The notes under the pieces: model-generated
Told to the model about the DNA's origin: nothing
The model's database searches: none
What the model saw: the letters and a program-made list of their open reading frames with translations, nothing else
Part shown: positions 11,471 to 25,995 of the stretch, in pieces
Position numbering within the stretch: position 1 is the first letter of the stretch
Layout: each line of letters opens with the position of its first letter
Program-made: the position numbers and the translations under genes
Assembly: GCA_965113315.1 (NCBI GenBank)
Contig: OZ220365.1
Reading direction: 5' to 3' (one strand)
Source: Podarcis vaucheri
Taxonomy: Eukaryota
Length of the DNA: 64,000 bases

Positions 11471-13959
11471 ATCTCATACATTAGCTTTTTAGAAGAAAAG
11501 GCTTCAAAAGCAACCTCTTCAATTTACAACTGCCTTTCCCAGCCAGCTGCTTTCCTATTAGCTCTTGCCCTTTAACCTTAGGAAAATGTGGCTCGAGTCT
11601 AATGGGAGGCACATGGGATTATTTTCTGTTAAACAATAAAACTTACTATTTACCAACTCTTAATTAGTGTTTTTGCAGCTTGATTGTATTCTGTAATATG
11701 TAGGGTCACTGTAACCTTTGCTCCCAGCCTGTAATTTCCTTTTACAACTTTGAGAAACTCGTCTCCTGCTAATACTATAAATCAGAGGGGCCCTGTTTAG
11801 GAAGATAAACAGCTGCCAGAGTACTCAGCCAGCTGCTTTTCTGCCTGGCATGAAAGATACAAACATTTACAAATATATTTTTTAAGCTCATTTTAAAATA
11901 CAGGCCTTGATCAGATGCCTCAGTATCCCCCTGCCTCCGTGCCAATACCAGTTAACTGGACTACCCCATGATTGCCTGGGCATGGTTTGCATTTCTGCTA
12001 CTCATTCTAGCATATAATTTCTTTAAAACTTCTCTTCAGAGAGCATACAGTCAAAAGTATGCTATACCAAAGTGTAGTGTAGTTCTGCATCAGATTCTGT
12101 TGAAATGAAGAGTCAGATTATGTAACCTTGCATACATTTTGTATAATTTCAGTTAGCTAGAGCAGAAGGGTGAAGAGTCATAAAAACTACGGAAGTCTGA
12201 TCCCTGGCTTTTCAATGCCTTCCTTTGTTTTGAGATGTTATTAGAGTTGGTCCCTACACTTTCATGTTATGTGCTTTTAAAAAACGAAAGTTGAGATTAT
12301 TGGAACTCTGAAATATGGTCTTTTATTTATCAGTGGGGTAATCTGTGACCCTTCAGATATTGTTTGACTACAGCTCCCACCAGTCTTCACCAGTATGGCC
12401 AGTGTTCAAGGATAATGGGAGCTATGATCAGTAGGAATGTAGGAAGCTATGAATACCTTGGATGATGGGTTCTGGCCAAGCCCAGTGTTTCCAAGACATT
12501 CAAGATTTCCAGAGTGAATCCTGCACCAGTAATGTGCTGTGAGCTATTTTTGTAAAACATTATACTTCCTATGAACAGACCCAGACATTAAGATCTTCCC
12601 CAGAAATCCCCCCTTGCTGTTTTTGAAGTGTTTTAGAGGAGGTGTTTAGGGATTGGGCCTTTTCTACCATGGCTTTGAAACTGCCTCCTGGAGAGAGTTC
12701 ATTCTGCTCCCTCTCTTTGTTTTCATTGCAGAGTGAAAGCTACATTGTTCATGGAGGGTGACATTTAGAGCTCTCTTGAGTGGGTTTCCTTCTCTGGCTG
12801 TTCTACTGGGGTTTTTCTTTCTTTCTTTCTGCTAGTCTTTGATTTCTGTTTACTGCTGCTTAATTGATTTGATATCTGATTCTTGGTTGATTTGTGTATA
12901 TGCTTTGTTTTTAATATGTGCTTCATTTTAAAACGTTATTAGCTGTCTTGTGGATCTTTTAGCTCAAAAAAGTGAGAGATAAATATGTAATGTAAAGATG
13001 TAATTCAGAGCACAGGAAGAACAGTTTTTCTTGCCTCAAAGATTAGTGCAGAAATACAATGGAGTAATTGCGGAAGTAACTGCCATTGAATTCAATGGGA
13101 ATTATTTTTGAGTGAACTTGTATGGCATTGGGCTATATGCCATCCGACTGGGAATTTCCCTAGTCAACAAGAGTAAGACATGAAATGCACTGTGGAACAT
13201 TTGCTATCATGTAGTTTGAATTGATGTCCTGATACCCAGCTAGGTCATCCAGTGCAAATATGAGGATGAACATGTTGCTAGCAGTTTCTCCATATTGTGC
13301 CAATAGCAGTCTTGGTACTTTGTCAACAGACATGGTGCGTTCACATCAGCATTAACCGCCTCAGCTGGGATTACCTCACTGCTGACATAAGTCGTACCAC
13401 TAAACTAAATGCTGTTTCTTTGGAAGCAGAAACCATGTCCAGACACGTTGTCCTCTCCATTGCTTAGTCTTGTGATATCCCACATGTTTTTGTCCTACAG
13501 TGAGGGAGTGTTAATATATGCTGTGAATTGCTTTGCAGCACCTCTCTGCATCCTAAGAGATATTTTAATATTCATACACTATCTGTATAGTGCAGTAGAA
13601 TATTCAGAGTGCTTCATTTACATTCACATATCTCAATAATTATTAGAACAATTCTGCAAGGTAGGCCAGCAAGATTGTCTCTGTGTTGCAGATGCTGTGT
13701 TGTTAGTGGCTTCCTGAAGGCTACCCAATGAGTTCAAGGCAAAGGCGATATTTGAACCCGAGACTGCAAGTCTTGTAGCTACTATGTTACACAGCTCCCA
13801 GTCTTGAGTTTTATGATAGTAGCCTTTCTATGTATGGCACACAAGGTGACCTTGTTCATCACAAAGGTCTGATGAACCCTCTGTGGTGGGACCTATTAGG
13901 ATAATCCACCCCGGTGACTTAAAATAGTCAAGGAATACCTGAAAGCTTTGAAGGATTTT

Positions 13960-14615
13960 CCAGAAGCCAGAGCAATCCTGTCAAGGCATTGGTCTTGCTA
14001 CGGAATGGTGAGATGTGCTGGGCTGTCAACATGATTGCTTCCAAGTGCTCTTTCTGACACTGTCTGGAGAGCTCCTCAGTTCTTCAGGGAGCTCCAAGCT
14101 ATAAAACAAGTTGGACGAAGGCTAGAGCACAAGTGGTGTAAGACTCAATTTGAAACTGATCGGACACAATAGTTATGCCTATTGCAATATGGTAAAGGTG
14201 ACAAAGAAAACTTACTTTGCTACCTCCATCTGGAGTAGCCTGCCAGCAAATCTATTCTGTGTGGTTGTCCTCAGGAATAGAGTTTTGGGACAACTTAGAG
14301 GCCTGTTGTGACATGTTTCCCAGGTATTCTGAGGATAAAATCATCTATCTCTATCATTAGTTGAATGCTACTATTATTGCAGAGCCAAGTGAAGTGTTTG
14401 ACAGAACATCTCGTGGGATTGGTTTCAGTTGATGAAGCTTGAGGACATGGACAAGATGATTGTAGTGGTTTGGCCCACAGCATGCTCCTTTGACACCTGC
14501 CAAACATAGTTAATTTGAACTAGCCAAGAGGAGTTGGCTGGGTGAGTCCAGGGAGTAAACCCATCTTTGCGTGGAGGGGTTGGTGCCTTCCTCCTTGAAG
14601 GAGGCAGTAGTAATA
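13960..14615 (+). mobile_element. degraded L2-clade LINE internal fragment
   Basis: Broken peptides RRLEHKWCKT, KKTYFATSI, VPSSLKEAVV resemble L2 ORF2 upstream of RT. Confidence 0.45.
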
Positions 14616-16440
14616 TATGACATTTTCCTGTATAGTTCTCCAGTTTCAGGATTCAGGCGAGTTGAAATGCAGTTTGTAAATCCACAAATAGTAATTGTGA
14701 TTAACGATCTGCTAGTCTGCTTCTGTTGGTGGCAGCTATGAATTCCTTGTAATGTGAAGTTTGAGCCTCAGTGGTTATATCAGCAAGCTGCAGGTAGCTT
14801 ACAACATTTGTCATTTGTGTCACTATTTTTGTAATTCAGAAGACTTCCGGCTCAGGAAACAGAGACAATGCTTTAGTGGGGCATTGTTCTGGCCTATAAA
14901 ACACCATACATCTATCTCTGAGACTGCAAAGTGACACCATCACTGATTGTAGTCTTTAATTGTCTAAATGGTTTATGTCATGTCTTGTAATTAAGTACAA
15001 TGTTGGCTATGCTGGTTTGATTAGAGTTGGCTGAAAGGCTTTTCTTCCACAATTTAGAGTTGACACACCCTGTGGAAACCTCTATCCTTGCATATCTTCC
15101 CAGCCATGGAACTGGTTAAGTATTTGGTCAGTATAAATTGCCTTACAAGACAGAATACTTGGCAGAAATCCTGCCACAGAGTTGTGCAGATTTTTGTTGT
15201 GGGGGGAGGTGGTTCAGTGATCAATAGTTCTTCAAGTCTGCTTGGTCACTTCTTTTTGCCAGCCAGATTCACTGTGATTGACACCATTCAGATCCACACT
15301 CCTTTTATTTATATTTGCCCTTGCTGAACAGGGTTGTCAGCAGTTCATAGTACACTGGCTTTGGTATTCATGAAGTTACACTAACAGATGCTTTGTGATG
15401 GAGCCCTAGATAAAAGGTGAAATAAGGTTAAGCAAAACACTGTTCATGAGCCAAAAGGCAGTCTCAAGGAAGTCTAGGATAGCTAATGGAGGATTGTGAA
15501 TGGAAACCTGCCAGTGCTATAGGAGCAGTGTGTGGAAGGGTGTGGGGTGAAGGGAGAGTGTCAGTAAAAAGGTGCTTACTTCTACTCAGGCATAATCTGA
15601 GATTCCTGGCAGTTGGAAGTCACCAAAGAGCCTTGTTCCTCTCCTTTCCCCACCTCATTATATGTGGCTTTCTAGCAGGGCCTCTTTCAAAGCCCCTTGG
15701 CTTCAGTTACAAGGAAGCCTTTACATTGAGCAGGTTATTAGTCATAAGGGTCTTGCTATAGGACATGATAATTGTTTTGTGCCACAATACAGTACTGGGA
15801 ATCTCCCCCCCCCTACATTTGCCATTTCTGGGCCAGCTAATGGGGTGGGACCTCTATGGCAAAATTACTGCTTCCCCTGACTCTCCTCTCTGCTTAACCA
15901 GACAGGAATGGGGGAAATAGGATTTGGCTGGCTCCCAAGTGCCTCTACCTCCCACCATGGGCTGCTTTGACAGGTGGATGGGTGACCTATTATGTCAGGT
16001 TACTCAACTTCAAAGGAAATAATCAGGACAGCACTTTAAAGTGTGCTCCAGTTATTTCCTTTCTTCTTTGCAGCCCACCTTAAGTTCAACTGCAAATAAA
16101 AAATGTTCCTAACTTTTAGGAGTTGATGAATATACCTACATAGCGTGGATTAAGAAGGCAATGTAGTACATTGTGATGTGCAATGAGCATATAAGGATTC
16201 CAAGTCATCTTTGATGCTTAGCTGCCCAGTGGTGAATGCAAACCATTGCCTTTCAAACTGTTCAGTGTTGCTCATTCATAGTGGATAGCTTTATTTAAGT
16301 TTCCTAAACTATGGACAGAAGAGAATAAGAAGAATAGTTTTGAATTTCTGGCTTTTAATTATAAGCTTGTAGAGTTTGTCTTTGAACTCCTTTGGACTTC
16401 AAAACAAACAACTCCCTTAGATAAAATGTACCGTAGCCAC

Positions 16441-16639
16441 TTGTTGTTGTTTAGTTGTTTAGTCGTGTCCAACTCTTCGTGACCCCATGGACCAGAGTAC
16501 GCCAGGCACTCCTGTCTTCCATTGCCTTCTGCAGTTTGGTCAAACTCATGCTGGTAGCTTCAAGAACACTGTCCAACCATCTCATCCTCTGTCATCCCCT
16601 TCTTCTTGTGCCCTCAATCTTTCCCAACATCAGGGTCTT
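16441..16639 (-). mobile_element. BovB/RTE LINE 3' end
   Basis: (CAA)n-type tail; minus peptide KTLMLGKIEGTRRRG; matches 45600-45800. Confidence 0.9.
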
Positions 16640-19226
16640 AATCCAGTTAATATTATGGGCTGCAATTGGCAGCCCACAGGTAACGAGTAGCCCAGGATTG
16701 GGGAACTTTTTCTGTGGTGTGTCACATTTCCTTGGTGCTAATCTGACAGAGAGTGCATGCTGAGAGTGGGGAAGATCCTTTTCTCCCTCTTGGCTCCCCA
16801 CACTTGCGTAAAGTTAGGCCTGTGGATTACTCACCCAAGGTCTAAGCACTTTGGCCACATAGTTTCCAACCCAATGGAGAAAGGAAGAGTCTGGAGGGAG
16901 AAGCTGCGAGCAGGTCATACTGAGTAGTTAGCTTTGCTCCCCTCCCACCCCCGCCATGATCACTTCTCAAAGTTTCCCCCTGGTAAAACGTAACTACTGA
17001 GCAGGATCTTTGATCAGTTCCACAGTGTTAAGATAGGTGCTTGTTTCCATAAATACATTTGTTCAAATTTATGAGTTTATGATATCCTCTCAATCGGTTG
17101 ATGTCAAGATTATCCTGGTAATAAGAAGTGATTGTAATTGGAAGAAGACCCCCCACCCCACCCCAGTAGAAAACTGAATCATACAAAGAGCCTCAAAGTA
17201 GACCTTGCTTTTCCCTAAAAGATTTTACAGAGTAAAGCAGAGTTTCAGGTGGGTTCAGCCACTGCCCATAAAACACCTTTCCTCTGTGTCCTTCTGTTAT
17301 TTATCCCCCCATCCCCTTTTGTGCGGGTTGAAAAGAGCTTGAGGGTGCTGCAGAAGTAGGCACATATTTTATTTTGAGGCGGCAATAACCAGTGTAAGGC
17401 TGTTGGGGAGACACGGTGTATATTTCATTTTTACCTTACTGAAAAGAGTTGAGCTCAGCACTTTATCCTGAATTGCAATTGACCTGCATATAGGAAAGTG
17501 GCCCCTGTGTTATCCATCTCTTCACTGGGATTTGACACCACACTTTCAGGTGGTGGTTGTATGAAATGCACTTCTAGTTTGAGGTGGTGGACAGCTCCTT
17601 TATGAAAATCTCCCTTTTTTATATGAACTAGTTTTAAATGAAACAGGATAAAAATAATATTATATGGAAGAATAATTCAGGGATACTATACAGAAGAGAA
17701 ATCATGGGATATATAAGAAAAACAGAGAATGAAATACTTGGTTTGACAGACCAAGATTAGAGTCCAGTCCTATTTACGTTTACTCAGAATTAAGTCCCAC
17801 TTTATTCAGTGGAACCTACTCTCAGGTAAAGGTGCACAGGATTGTAGCCCCAAGTGCTATCTTTCCCTTTTTTTAGTAGGATCCAGTCAAAAGCGAACAT
17901 ATCCAAGCCCCATTGACTTTTGTGAGAAGAGACCTGAGCAAGGGTTAAATTTTCCTATTGAAATCGGCTGGGCTTAAAAGTGCTTGGCTGTATTCATTGA
18001 TCAAGTAAAAACCAATTTTAATTATTGAGGACAATTTTTAATCTGTGTGGTTGGGAGTTAAAGGCATGCTTATTTGTTTTCAAAAGCTTTTTGGTTCTCC
18101 TATATTGCTGTAATAGGGAAGAGGGGGCATTTTCATATCAGACATTAATTGGTGTGAAATAATGGCTTGTTAATTGGTGCTATTGTTATCCAGTTCCAGT
18201 TTGAAAGTCTATAGTGAAGAGTTCAATTGTCATATGAGCTTGTGGCTGAAAGTAATTGCTATCTGGTGCCCATGGGCTGTGGGTTGGTGGCTATCATGTA
18301 TTTTTTGACAACTGAAGGGGAGTGAGTGAAGCAGCAATAACTGTACTCTCTCTAATTTTGTGTTCTGCCATACCCCATCACCGCTGATCTGAAAAGGTTT
18401 GTGGCTCTTGTTTTAACTCATTAAACCATTTCTGATTATGAATTCAAGATTGTTCCTATTTTAAATAAAAATTAAAAAACAGACCAGAGCATGTTTCCCC
18501 AGCCTTTTTAGTCCTGGGGACAATATTTGGAAATGGGCATCACAACATATCCATTTCACAGTAAAAACCCCCACAAAACTATAATAGATTCGCCAGCAGG
18601 CAAAGCATCACATCCCTAAACAAAAGGAAAATAAAAATAAAAATCCACCGACAAAAGAAAGAAAGCAGGCAACACCTTCCACCCGCCACAACAGACAACC
18701 CCCTTGCCAAATAACCAATTTTTTTGTTTAATTGAATGGGTGTGTGTTGGTGCCAAGGGCGTGTCTGAGGGTGCTGTGGTGCCCACAGGCACCTGAGGTC
18801 CAGAAAAAACACACCTTAGGATTGGTTGCTATGATATAATTCAGCCTCCTGAATTCCGCTCATTCCCTAAGAGAAAAATTGTGCAATCATGCCATGAACG
18901 ATTTTCTTTGCAGTGCCCTTTCTTAAGGATTGTCAGACTAAGCTAGCAATAGAGAAACATTCTGTCCTGAACTAGGATTAATTTGCATTCAGCTCAGATG
19001 ATGCAATGATGCAAGGATCTACGAACTGTTGGGAGTATTTCGGTATTTTACTTATTTTTACCACAGCTACCCAAGAGCTCAGAATGACATATAATAAATG
19101 GTAGAACAGTAAAATGCAACATTAAAACAACCCATGGATGCTTCAAAAGCCCATACATGAAATCCACCAGATAAATGTTTCCAGAAGCTGTTTCAGGGCT
19201 TATCCACTCTTAACGTTTGCCCTACT

Positions 19227-19471
19227 CTTTCCAGGCAAGGTCTGCTCTTTCAAGTTCCGTGTCCAATTGCTCTTTTTCCCCCCTCGGAGTTTCCCCCATG
19301 AAAACTCACTCTTTAAAGCTGAAGTGTAACAAATTGCTATTCTGGTTGCTGATTGCTATTTGCTCTGATTCAGCTCTAAAGATCAGGTTTTCACTGGGAA
19401 AGCTTCGGAGGAAAAGAAAAAAAAGGCGCGCTTGCACACAGAGCTTTAAAGAGCAGACCTTGCCTGAAAAG
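19227..19471. repeat. ~245-bp degenerate palindrome (old MITE-like)
   Basis: caggcaaggtctgctcttt (~19232) and aaagagcagaccttgcctg (~19448) are exact reverse complements; pairing continues inward with mismatches. Confidence 0.75.
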
Positions 19472-20348
19472 CATGGAGAAAAAGTAAATGTGTTCATAAG
19501 AATGTTCATAACAGACCTTTGAGAAAAGGATTGGTTTACAGCAGCCTTCACTAGCCAGGTGCCCAGCTGTGCTGGCTGGGATTGTTGGGAGTTGAGGTCC
19601 AAAAACTCTGTGGGGCCATTTAACTGGCAAAGGCTGGTTTATAACACTTCTGAAGACTGGCAGTGTTGGGCTTATTGGGCTTATCCTCATCAACCCTATA
19701 GAGCTGGGAACAGCTGCTGAGAAATCCTGCATTATGTTTTAGTAACAGAGCTGGAATATTAATCAGGACCGCCTTGCCTCATCTAATTAGGAGCAAAGGT
19801 GTGCAGGGCATGCATTTCCTAAGGTACTTTGAGAATATGGGTTGTGTGGTTCAGCATCAGATGTTGAACTGAGGTTGGATACTAGCGGTCAGAATACTTG
19901 TTCTCAGTCATCAAGCAGTGTGTTCTATAATATTAATCATATTGCACACAGTATCATGCCATTGCATATTTGTAGAAGCTCCAAATCTTATTTCCAAGAA
20001 TGTTATATCTCTTTGTTAGAAATCAGTGCAGTGCCACATTTGTAATTCTGTTCTATATTAATTTGTCAGTTCCTTGTAAAAAGCCTGTGGTTAGTTGGAA
20101 GGTATAGCCATCTAGAGCAGTAGTTTCCAAACATTTTACTCCCAGGACCCACTTGAGATGGCTAAAATTACAGAGACCAATGTAGGCCACAAAATAGCTG
20201 GAGAGGAAGGGTTTGGTGTAACAAGCTGACAGTTACTGGCACTTTCTACTGATAGCTAACCTATGCTTGGATATTGCTAAATTGTTTGCCATGACATTTT
20301 CCTTGCGGCAAGGAGTTCCATAGCTCAGCTTTCCTCACGTTGCATATA

Positions 20349-20530
20349 CCGTATTTTTCGCCCTATAGGACACACTTTTTCCCATCCAAAAATGAAGGGG
20401 AAATGTGTGTGCGTCCTATGGGGTGAATGCAGGCTTTCGCTGAAGCCTGGAGAGCGAGGGGGGTCGGTGTGCACTGACCCCTCTCACTCTCCAGGCTTCA
20501 GGAAGCTATCTGCTAGCCGTGGGAGACGCA
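20349..20530 (+). mobile_element. truncated copy of the CCGTATTTTT (Tc1/mariner superfamily) MITE
   Basis: TA|ccgtatttttcgccctatagga, identical start to 24989; right end missing. Confidence 0.8.
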
Positions 20531-21108
20531 GCTTGTAGCAAGTGGGGAAAAGTAGGAAATAAACCATATTTTGGAGCCAGTGCATACTACTACTACTATT
20601 ACTACTACTACTACTAATAATAATAATAATAGAATTTATATACCACCCTGTATCCGCAAGTCTCAGGGCAGTTCAGAATTTACCTTCATGCATTTTTGAT
20701 ATGGCAAAGTCAGCCCACGTTTGCTTTTGGGAGGTTTGCAAATACATTCTGATTCAAATTTATGAGATGCATTGCAACAATAAGAGAGGTGTTGCTCAGC
20801 CTCTCCTTGTCAAACAAAACCAGGCTGTCTATCCTAGGCAGACTTCTCCCATGAACTAAGGTAACTTTCACCTTGCTCAAACAAGGACATGATTCAGATA
20901 TCTGTTGGGTAGGAATATATATGTTGTGTCCTATTTTTACCTCGCTTTATTTTTCAGAGCAGAACCATTTTGGCTGCTTTCTTGCATTTGTGAAGTCATT
21001 TAGTTGTGTGGTTTGGCTTTCAGTATTATGACCAAATCAAATTTTATTCTTCTCAGTCAGGGGAAAACCCACTCTGCCAAGCATGATAATGTTTCTCCTC
21101 CCGTTTAG

Positions 21109-21378
<270 letters not shown>

Positions 21379-22573
21379 TAATATTAGTGCATAGCACTTT
21401 GTGTTTCTCTTTAAAGTCATTTCAACCTTTCACTAGTTTAATGCCACTTGAGCTGTCATGACTCCCCACTGTCCCAAATAAGAATTCTGTAAGTTGTAGT
21501 TTGGTGAGAATACTAAGAATCCTCTGTTTCAAGATTCCTAGCTTCACCTCCAAATCTTATTTCCCTGGGTTTCCTGGGGAGAGGGGTTGACCATTTAAAC
21601 CAGTTTAAGTGTAAATATCTCCTTCCCCACCCTCCAAAAGAATTGTACATACTTCCTGTTTAATCTGCCGTCTTAGGTTGCAGCAGCAGACTTGGTGTCA
21701 ACCAGAACATGATGTTGCCATTTCAGAGTCCTAAGTGTACCTTACATGCTATAGAATTAGTGCAAAGTTGGCAGTAGCACAAGAATTAAAGGCTACTCTG
21801 ACAGTCCTAAAGACTTGGGCAGTGAACTTTGCCACTATGTAAAATATAACCAGCGTTACTGTGCTAGGAATATTCACAGAAGTAGAGGAGCAGCTGATAG
21901 CACCAAGGACAGCTCTAATGATCTGAGAGGAGAACTGAACTTTCTGAGTAGCTCATATTTCTTTTACTGTGTGGATTGTGATTTCTTTTTAAATATTTCC
22001 TGTTGCTGCAGCCCTCATAGAAAGAGTGTTTCAAGTCTCACAGATATACAGATTGCTCTGCTGGGTTAGACAATGATCCAACATTTTGCTTCTGAGAGCA
22101 ACCAGAAAAGAAGCTTGCAAGCAGGGCATAATGAAGATAGCCGTTCCTTGTGTGTGTCCTAAGCATCTAGTTCTCTGAGATAAACACCCATGCAAGATTA
22201 AACTTCCAAATATGGATGCTCAATTTTGTGGTGATGGTAATAGCCATTAATAGGCAATGGATTTGGCTAAACCTTTTTTTAAAAGCTATCAAAGACACTG
22301 GCTATCATTACGGGGTGTGCTAATGAATTTCGTGAGTTAGTCAGGTGTTGTGCATAGGGGAACTTGATATATCTTTTTTCCTCTGCCCTGACCTTACAGC
22401 TAGCCAGTTTCAGTGGGTGATCTGGTATAGTTCCTCATTTACCCCTTCAACATGTTGGGATGTAAATTATTTGGTGATGCAGCTGCATGTTTGAAATAAT
22501 TTTTTCAAACATATAAAGCAAGTTTAAAAGTGCAAGTTAAAAATGAGTTCTTAGTTATAATTCATTTTAAAGG

Positions 22574-22697
22574 GGAGGTCTTTAAGCAGAGGCTTGACAA
22601 CCATATGTCAGGAGTGCTCTGATGGTGTTTCCTGCTTGGCAGGGGGTTGGACTCGATGGCCCTTGTGGTGTATTCCAACTCTATGATTCTATTCTAT
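22574..22697 (+). mobile_element. CR1 LINE 3' end
   Basis: ggaggtctttaagcagaggcttgac...ttccaactctatgattcta tail. Confidence 0.85.
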
Positions 22698-22857
22698 ACT
22701 CCTATATGGTTAGTTTTTAATGTTATTCTTGGGGGACCCCCCCATGACCATCACAGAGAAGATCACAACTGTTTCTTTTCTACAATGCATTTTATAGCAG
22801 TTGCTTTTAACAAGTGGAGGAAATGTGATTCTTGAGTGTTTGCATTAAATTAGATAA

Positions 22858-23415
<558 letters not shown>

Positions 23416-24003
23416 TATTCTGTTACCCCAGTGTTCCACAGATGTAGTTAGTAGGTCACCACACTGTTGACTAGGTATTTTGTGCACAAATGTGGTCATT
23501 AGGAAAAGCACAAAGTGAGAAATCTCTCCCTTTTCTAGAGCACATTCCAGGGAATTCAGAGGGGGCGGTTATTTTGTGCTGGGTAAGAAAGAGAAATATC
23601 TCCCTACTCTGACATACTTGGGGGAGGAGTCAGCATTTCACTTTGTCCCAGTCTTGGAGACACTGAGAAGTGTTCAGTCTCTCATACTGCTTCCAAGTGC
23701 CTCCCCAGAGGACATGAGGGAGAGGAGAGATTGGTTTTTTTTAAAAAAATCACACTGATATCTGCCAATAGTCTGAAGTGGCAGGACTCTTACACTTGTC
23801 TCTTACACTTGATTGTAAGTAAACCCCACCCCATCCCCAAAGTCCTCTAAAATTTGGGGGAAGTGCACACTTGCACTCACTTTGGGAGGGCCTTTGTAGT
23901 GATGAAAATGAATCACAGTTTGGTGCAAAAGGAAGAGTTGGGTCCCTTTCCTGGTCTTTTATATGTGCCAGGTGGGTTATGGGTTCAGGAGCAACCACAG
24001 ATA

Positions 24004-24245
24004 CAGTGGTACCTCGGATTACATACGCTTTAGGTTACATACGCTTCAGGTTAGAGACTCCACTAACCCAGAAATAGTACCTCGGGTTAAGAACGTTGCT
24101 TCAGGATGAGAACAGAAATCGTTCTCTAGTGGCGCATCGGCAGCAGGAGGCCCCATTAGCTAAAGTGGTGCTTCAGGTTCAGAACAGTTTCAGGTTAAGA
24201 ACGGACCTCCGGAACGAATTAAGTACTTAACCCGAGGTACCACTG
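24004..24245. mobile_element. Tigger/pogo-like MITE
   Basis: Perfect 14-bp TIR CAGTGGTACCTCGG; TA on both sides. Confidence 0.9.
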
Positions 24246-24988
24246 TAATAGCTTTCTACCGTTATTTGGATCCGTTTGTTTTTTGAATTAGGGATGGAGA
24301 GAGGACTGCACTCTTCCCCCTCCCACCCCACCTAAATAAATAAATAATACAACATACCATAAAACCTTTGTGACAGAGCAGAGGTTTTATGTTGCACTTC
24401 TAAAGATGTTTTGTGGTTGTGACTTGAAAATGAGAGTTTCAGTGGTATATGAAAGGTGACGATGTACGAATGCTGGCTCATTTTGGAATTTTGATTCTGC
24501 TCCCTTAATCTTCTTTTGATTACAGTGCTTTAGCAAGCTAATAGCATGTTTCAGAGACTGGTTTTAAATTTTCTGTGATATGAGGAAGGTGTTTTGAGAA
24601 AGATGGGATGAAGCCTGAGGCCATCTCTTAATATGATGAAAAGCTCTGCTGGGTTTTTGTAATAAGAACTCCTGAGTAAAAAAGACTTTATTTTTAGATC
24701 TGACTGGTGACATCTTCATTCCTTTTTCACTTCTATTATCTTTTACTCAAATGGCTTTATTTCTACACGTTTTAGCTTGATTGTTGCTCTCCTCCAAATC
24801 CCTTCTGAGCTGAAGTATCAGCCAGAACTGAACACAGGGCTCTCACAACATCATGGCCACAGCTGGCCTAAAATACATTGGCGCCTGAGGCAGGAAATCC
24901 ACATGGCATTTTACTCCTGGCTAAGGAGTGGGAGAGAATGGGAGAGTGAAGAATTACTGAAAACATCCTGATTTTTAAAGGACACATA

Positions 24989-25575
24989 CCGTATTTTTCG
25001 CCCTATAGGACGCACTTTTTCCCCTCCAAAAATGAAGGGGAAATCTGGGTGCGTCCTATGGGGCGAATGCAGGCTTTCGCTGAAGCTTGGAGAGCGAGAG
25101 GGGTCTGTGTGCACCGACCCCTCTTGCTCTCCAGGCTTCAGGAAGACATCCGCAGCCTAGAGTGCCCGGCGCTTCGGGAACACACCCACAGCCTAGGCAA
25201 CCCTGCGGGAGGTCCCGCAGGGCTGTCTAGGCTGCGGATAGCAGCCTGCTTCCCGGAGCGCCGGGCGCGCTGAAGCAGAGTGCCCCTCGCGCCGGGCAGA
25301 CATCTGCAGCGTGGGGAGCCCTGCAGGATAGCAGCCTGCCACCCGGTGCGTGAGGCGCAGAGCGCCCCACGCACCGGGCAGACATCGGCCAGCCCCACAA
25401 GCTTGGGGGACAGCAGGGAAGCGCAGCGCCGCCATCCCACTGTTCCTCAACCTGTTTCGGTTTCCCCGACCTGGTTTTGGGGGGGAAATAAAGGGAATTT
25501 CCCCCCCTTTATTTCCCCCCAAAAAAACTAGGTGCGTCCTATGGGACGGAGCGTCCTATGGGACAAAAAATACGG
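24989..25575. mobile_element. Tc1/mariner-superfamily (Tc2-like ends) non-autonomous element, 587 bp, CpG-rich
   Basis: TA|CCGTATTTTTCGCCCTATAGGACGC ... GCGTCCTATGGGACAAAAAATACGG|TA; sub-terminal gcgtcctatggg repeats. Confidence 0.88.
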
Positions 25576-25672
25576 TAGATTCTTTTGTCTGAGATGATTG
25601 CCTCAGCTGGCTAACTCATGGTCTGGTCGGTCTGGGCTATGGCTGTTCCTAATGGGAGCTAATGCTTTAAGA

Positions 25673-25995
25673 GCATAAGAAGAGCACTGCTGGATCAGGC
25701 CAAAGGTCCATCTAGCCCAGCATCCTGTTCTCACAGTGGCCAACCAGATGCCTGGAGGAAGCCTGCAAACTGGACCTGAGTGCCACAGTGCTCTGCACAC
25801 TTTTGATTCCCAGCACTTGTGATTCCAGCAGTGAATGTAGAACATAGATATTGCAGCTGGTAGTTGATAGCCACAAATGTATCTAATCATTTAAAGCCTT
25901 CCAAGTTGTTGGCCACCACTGCAAATTGTGCGACCAATTTCCATAGTTTCACTAAGCCACTGTGTGAAGAAGTACTTAATTTTGTCTGTCCTGAA
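25673..25995 (-). mobile_element. older CR1-type 3' end (cataagaagagc...ctggatcaggccaaaggtccatctag family)
   Basis: Same family recurs at ~27880, ~30428-30680 and ~45025-45260. Confidence 0.65.

Noticed and set aside
1-21108. First coding exon of TTBK1 (expected ...MSGGGEQADIL...VKDRWKV)
   Set aside because: Not found by eye or in the ORF track; probably upstream of the window, though a short exon could have been missed.
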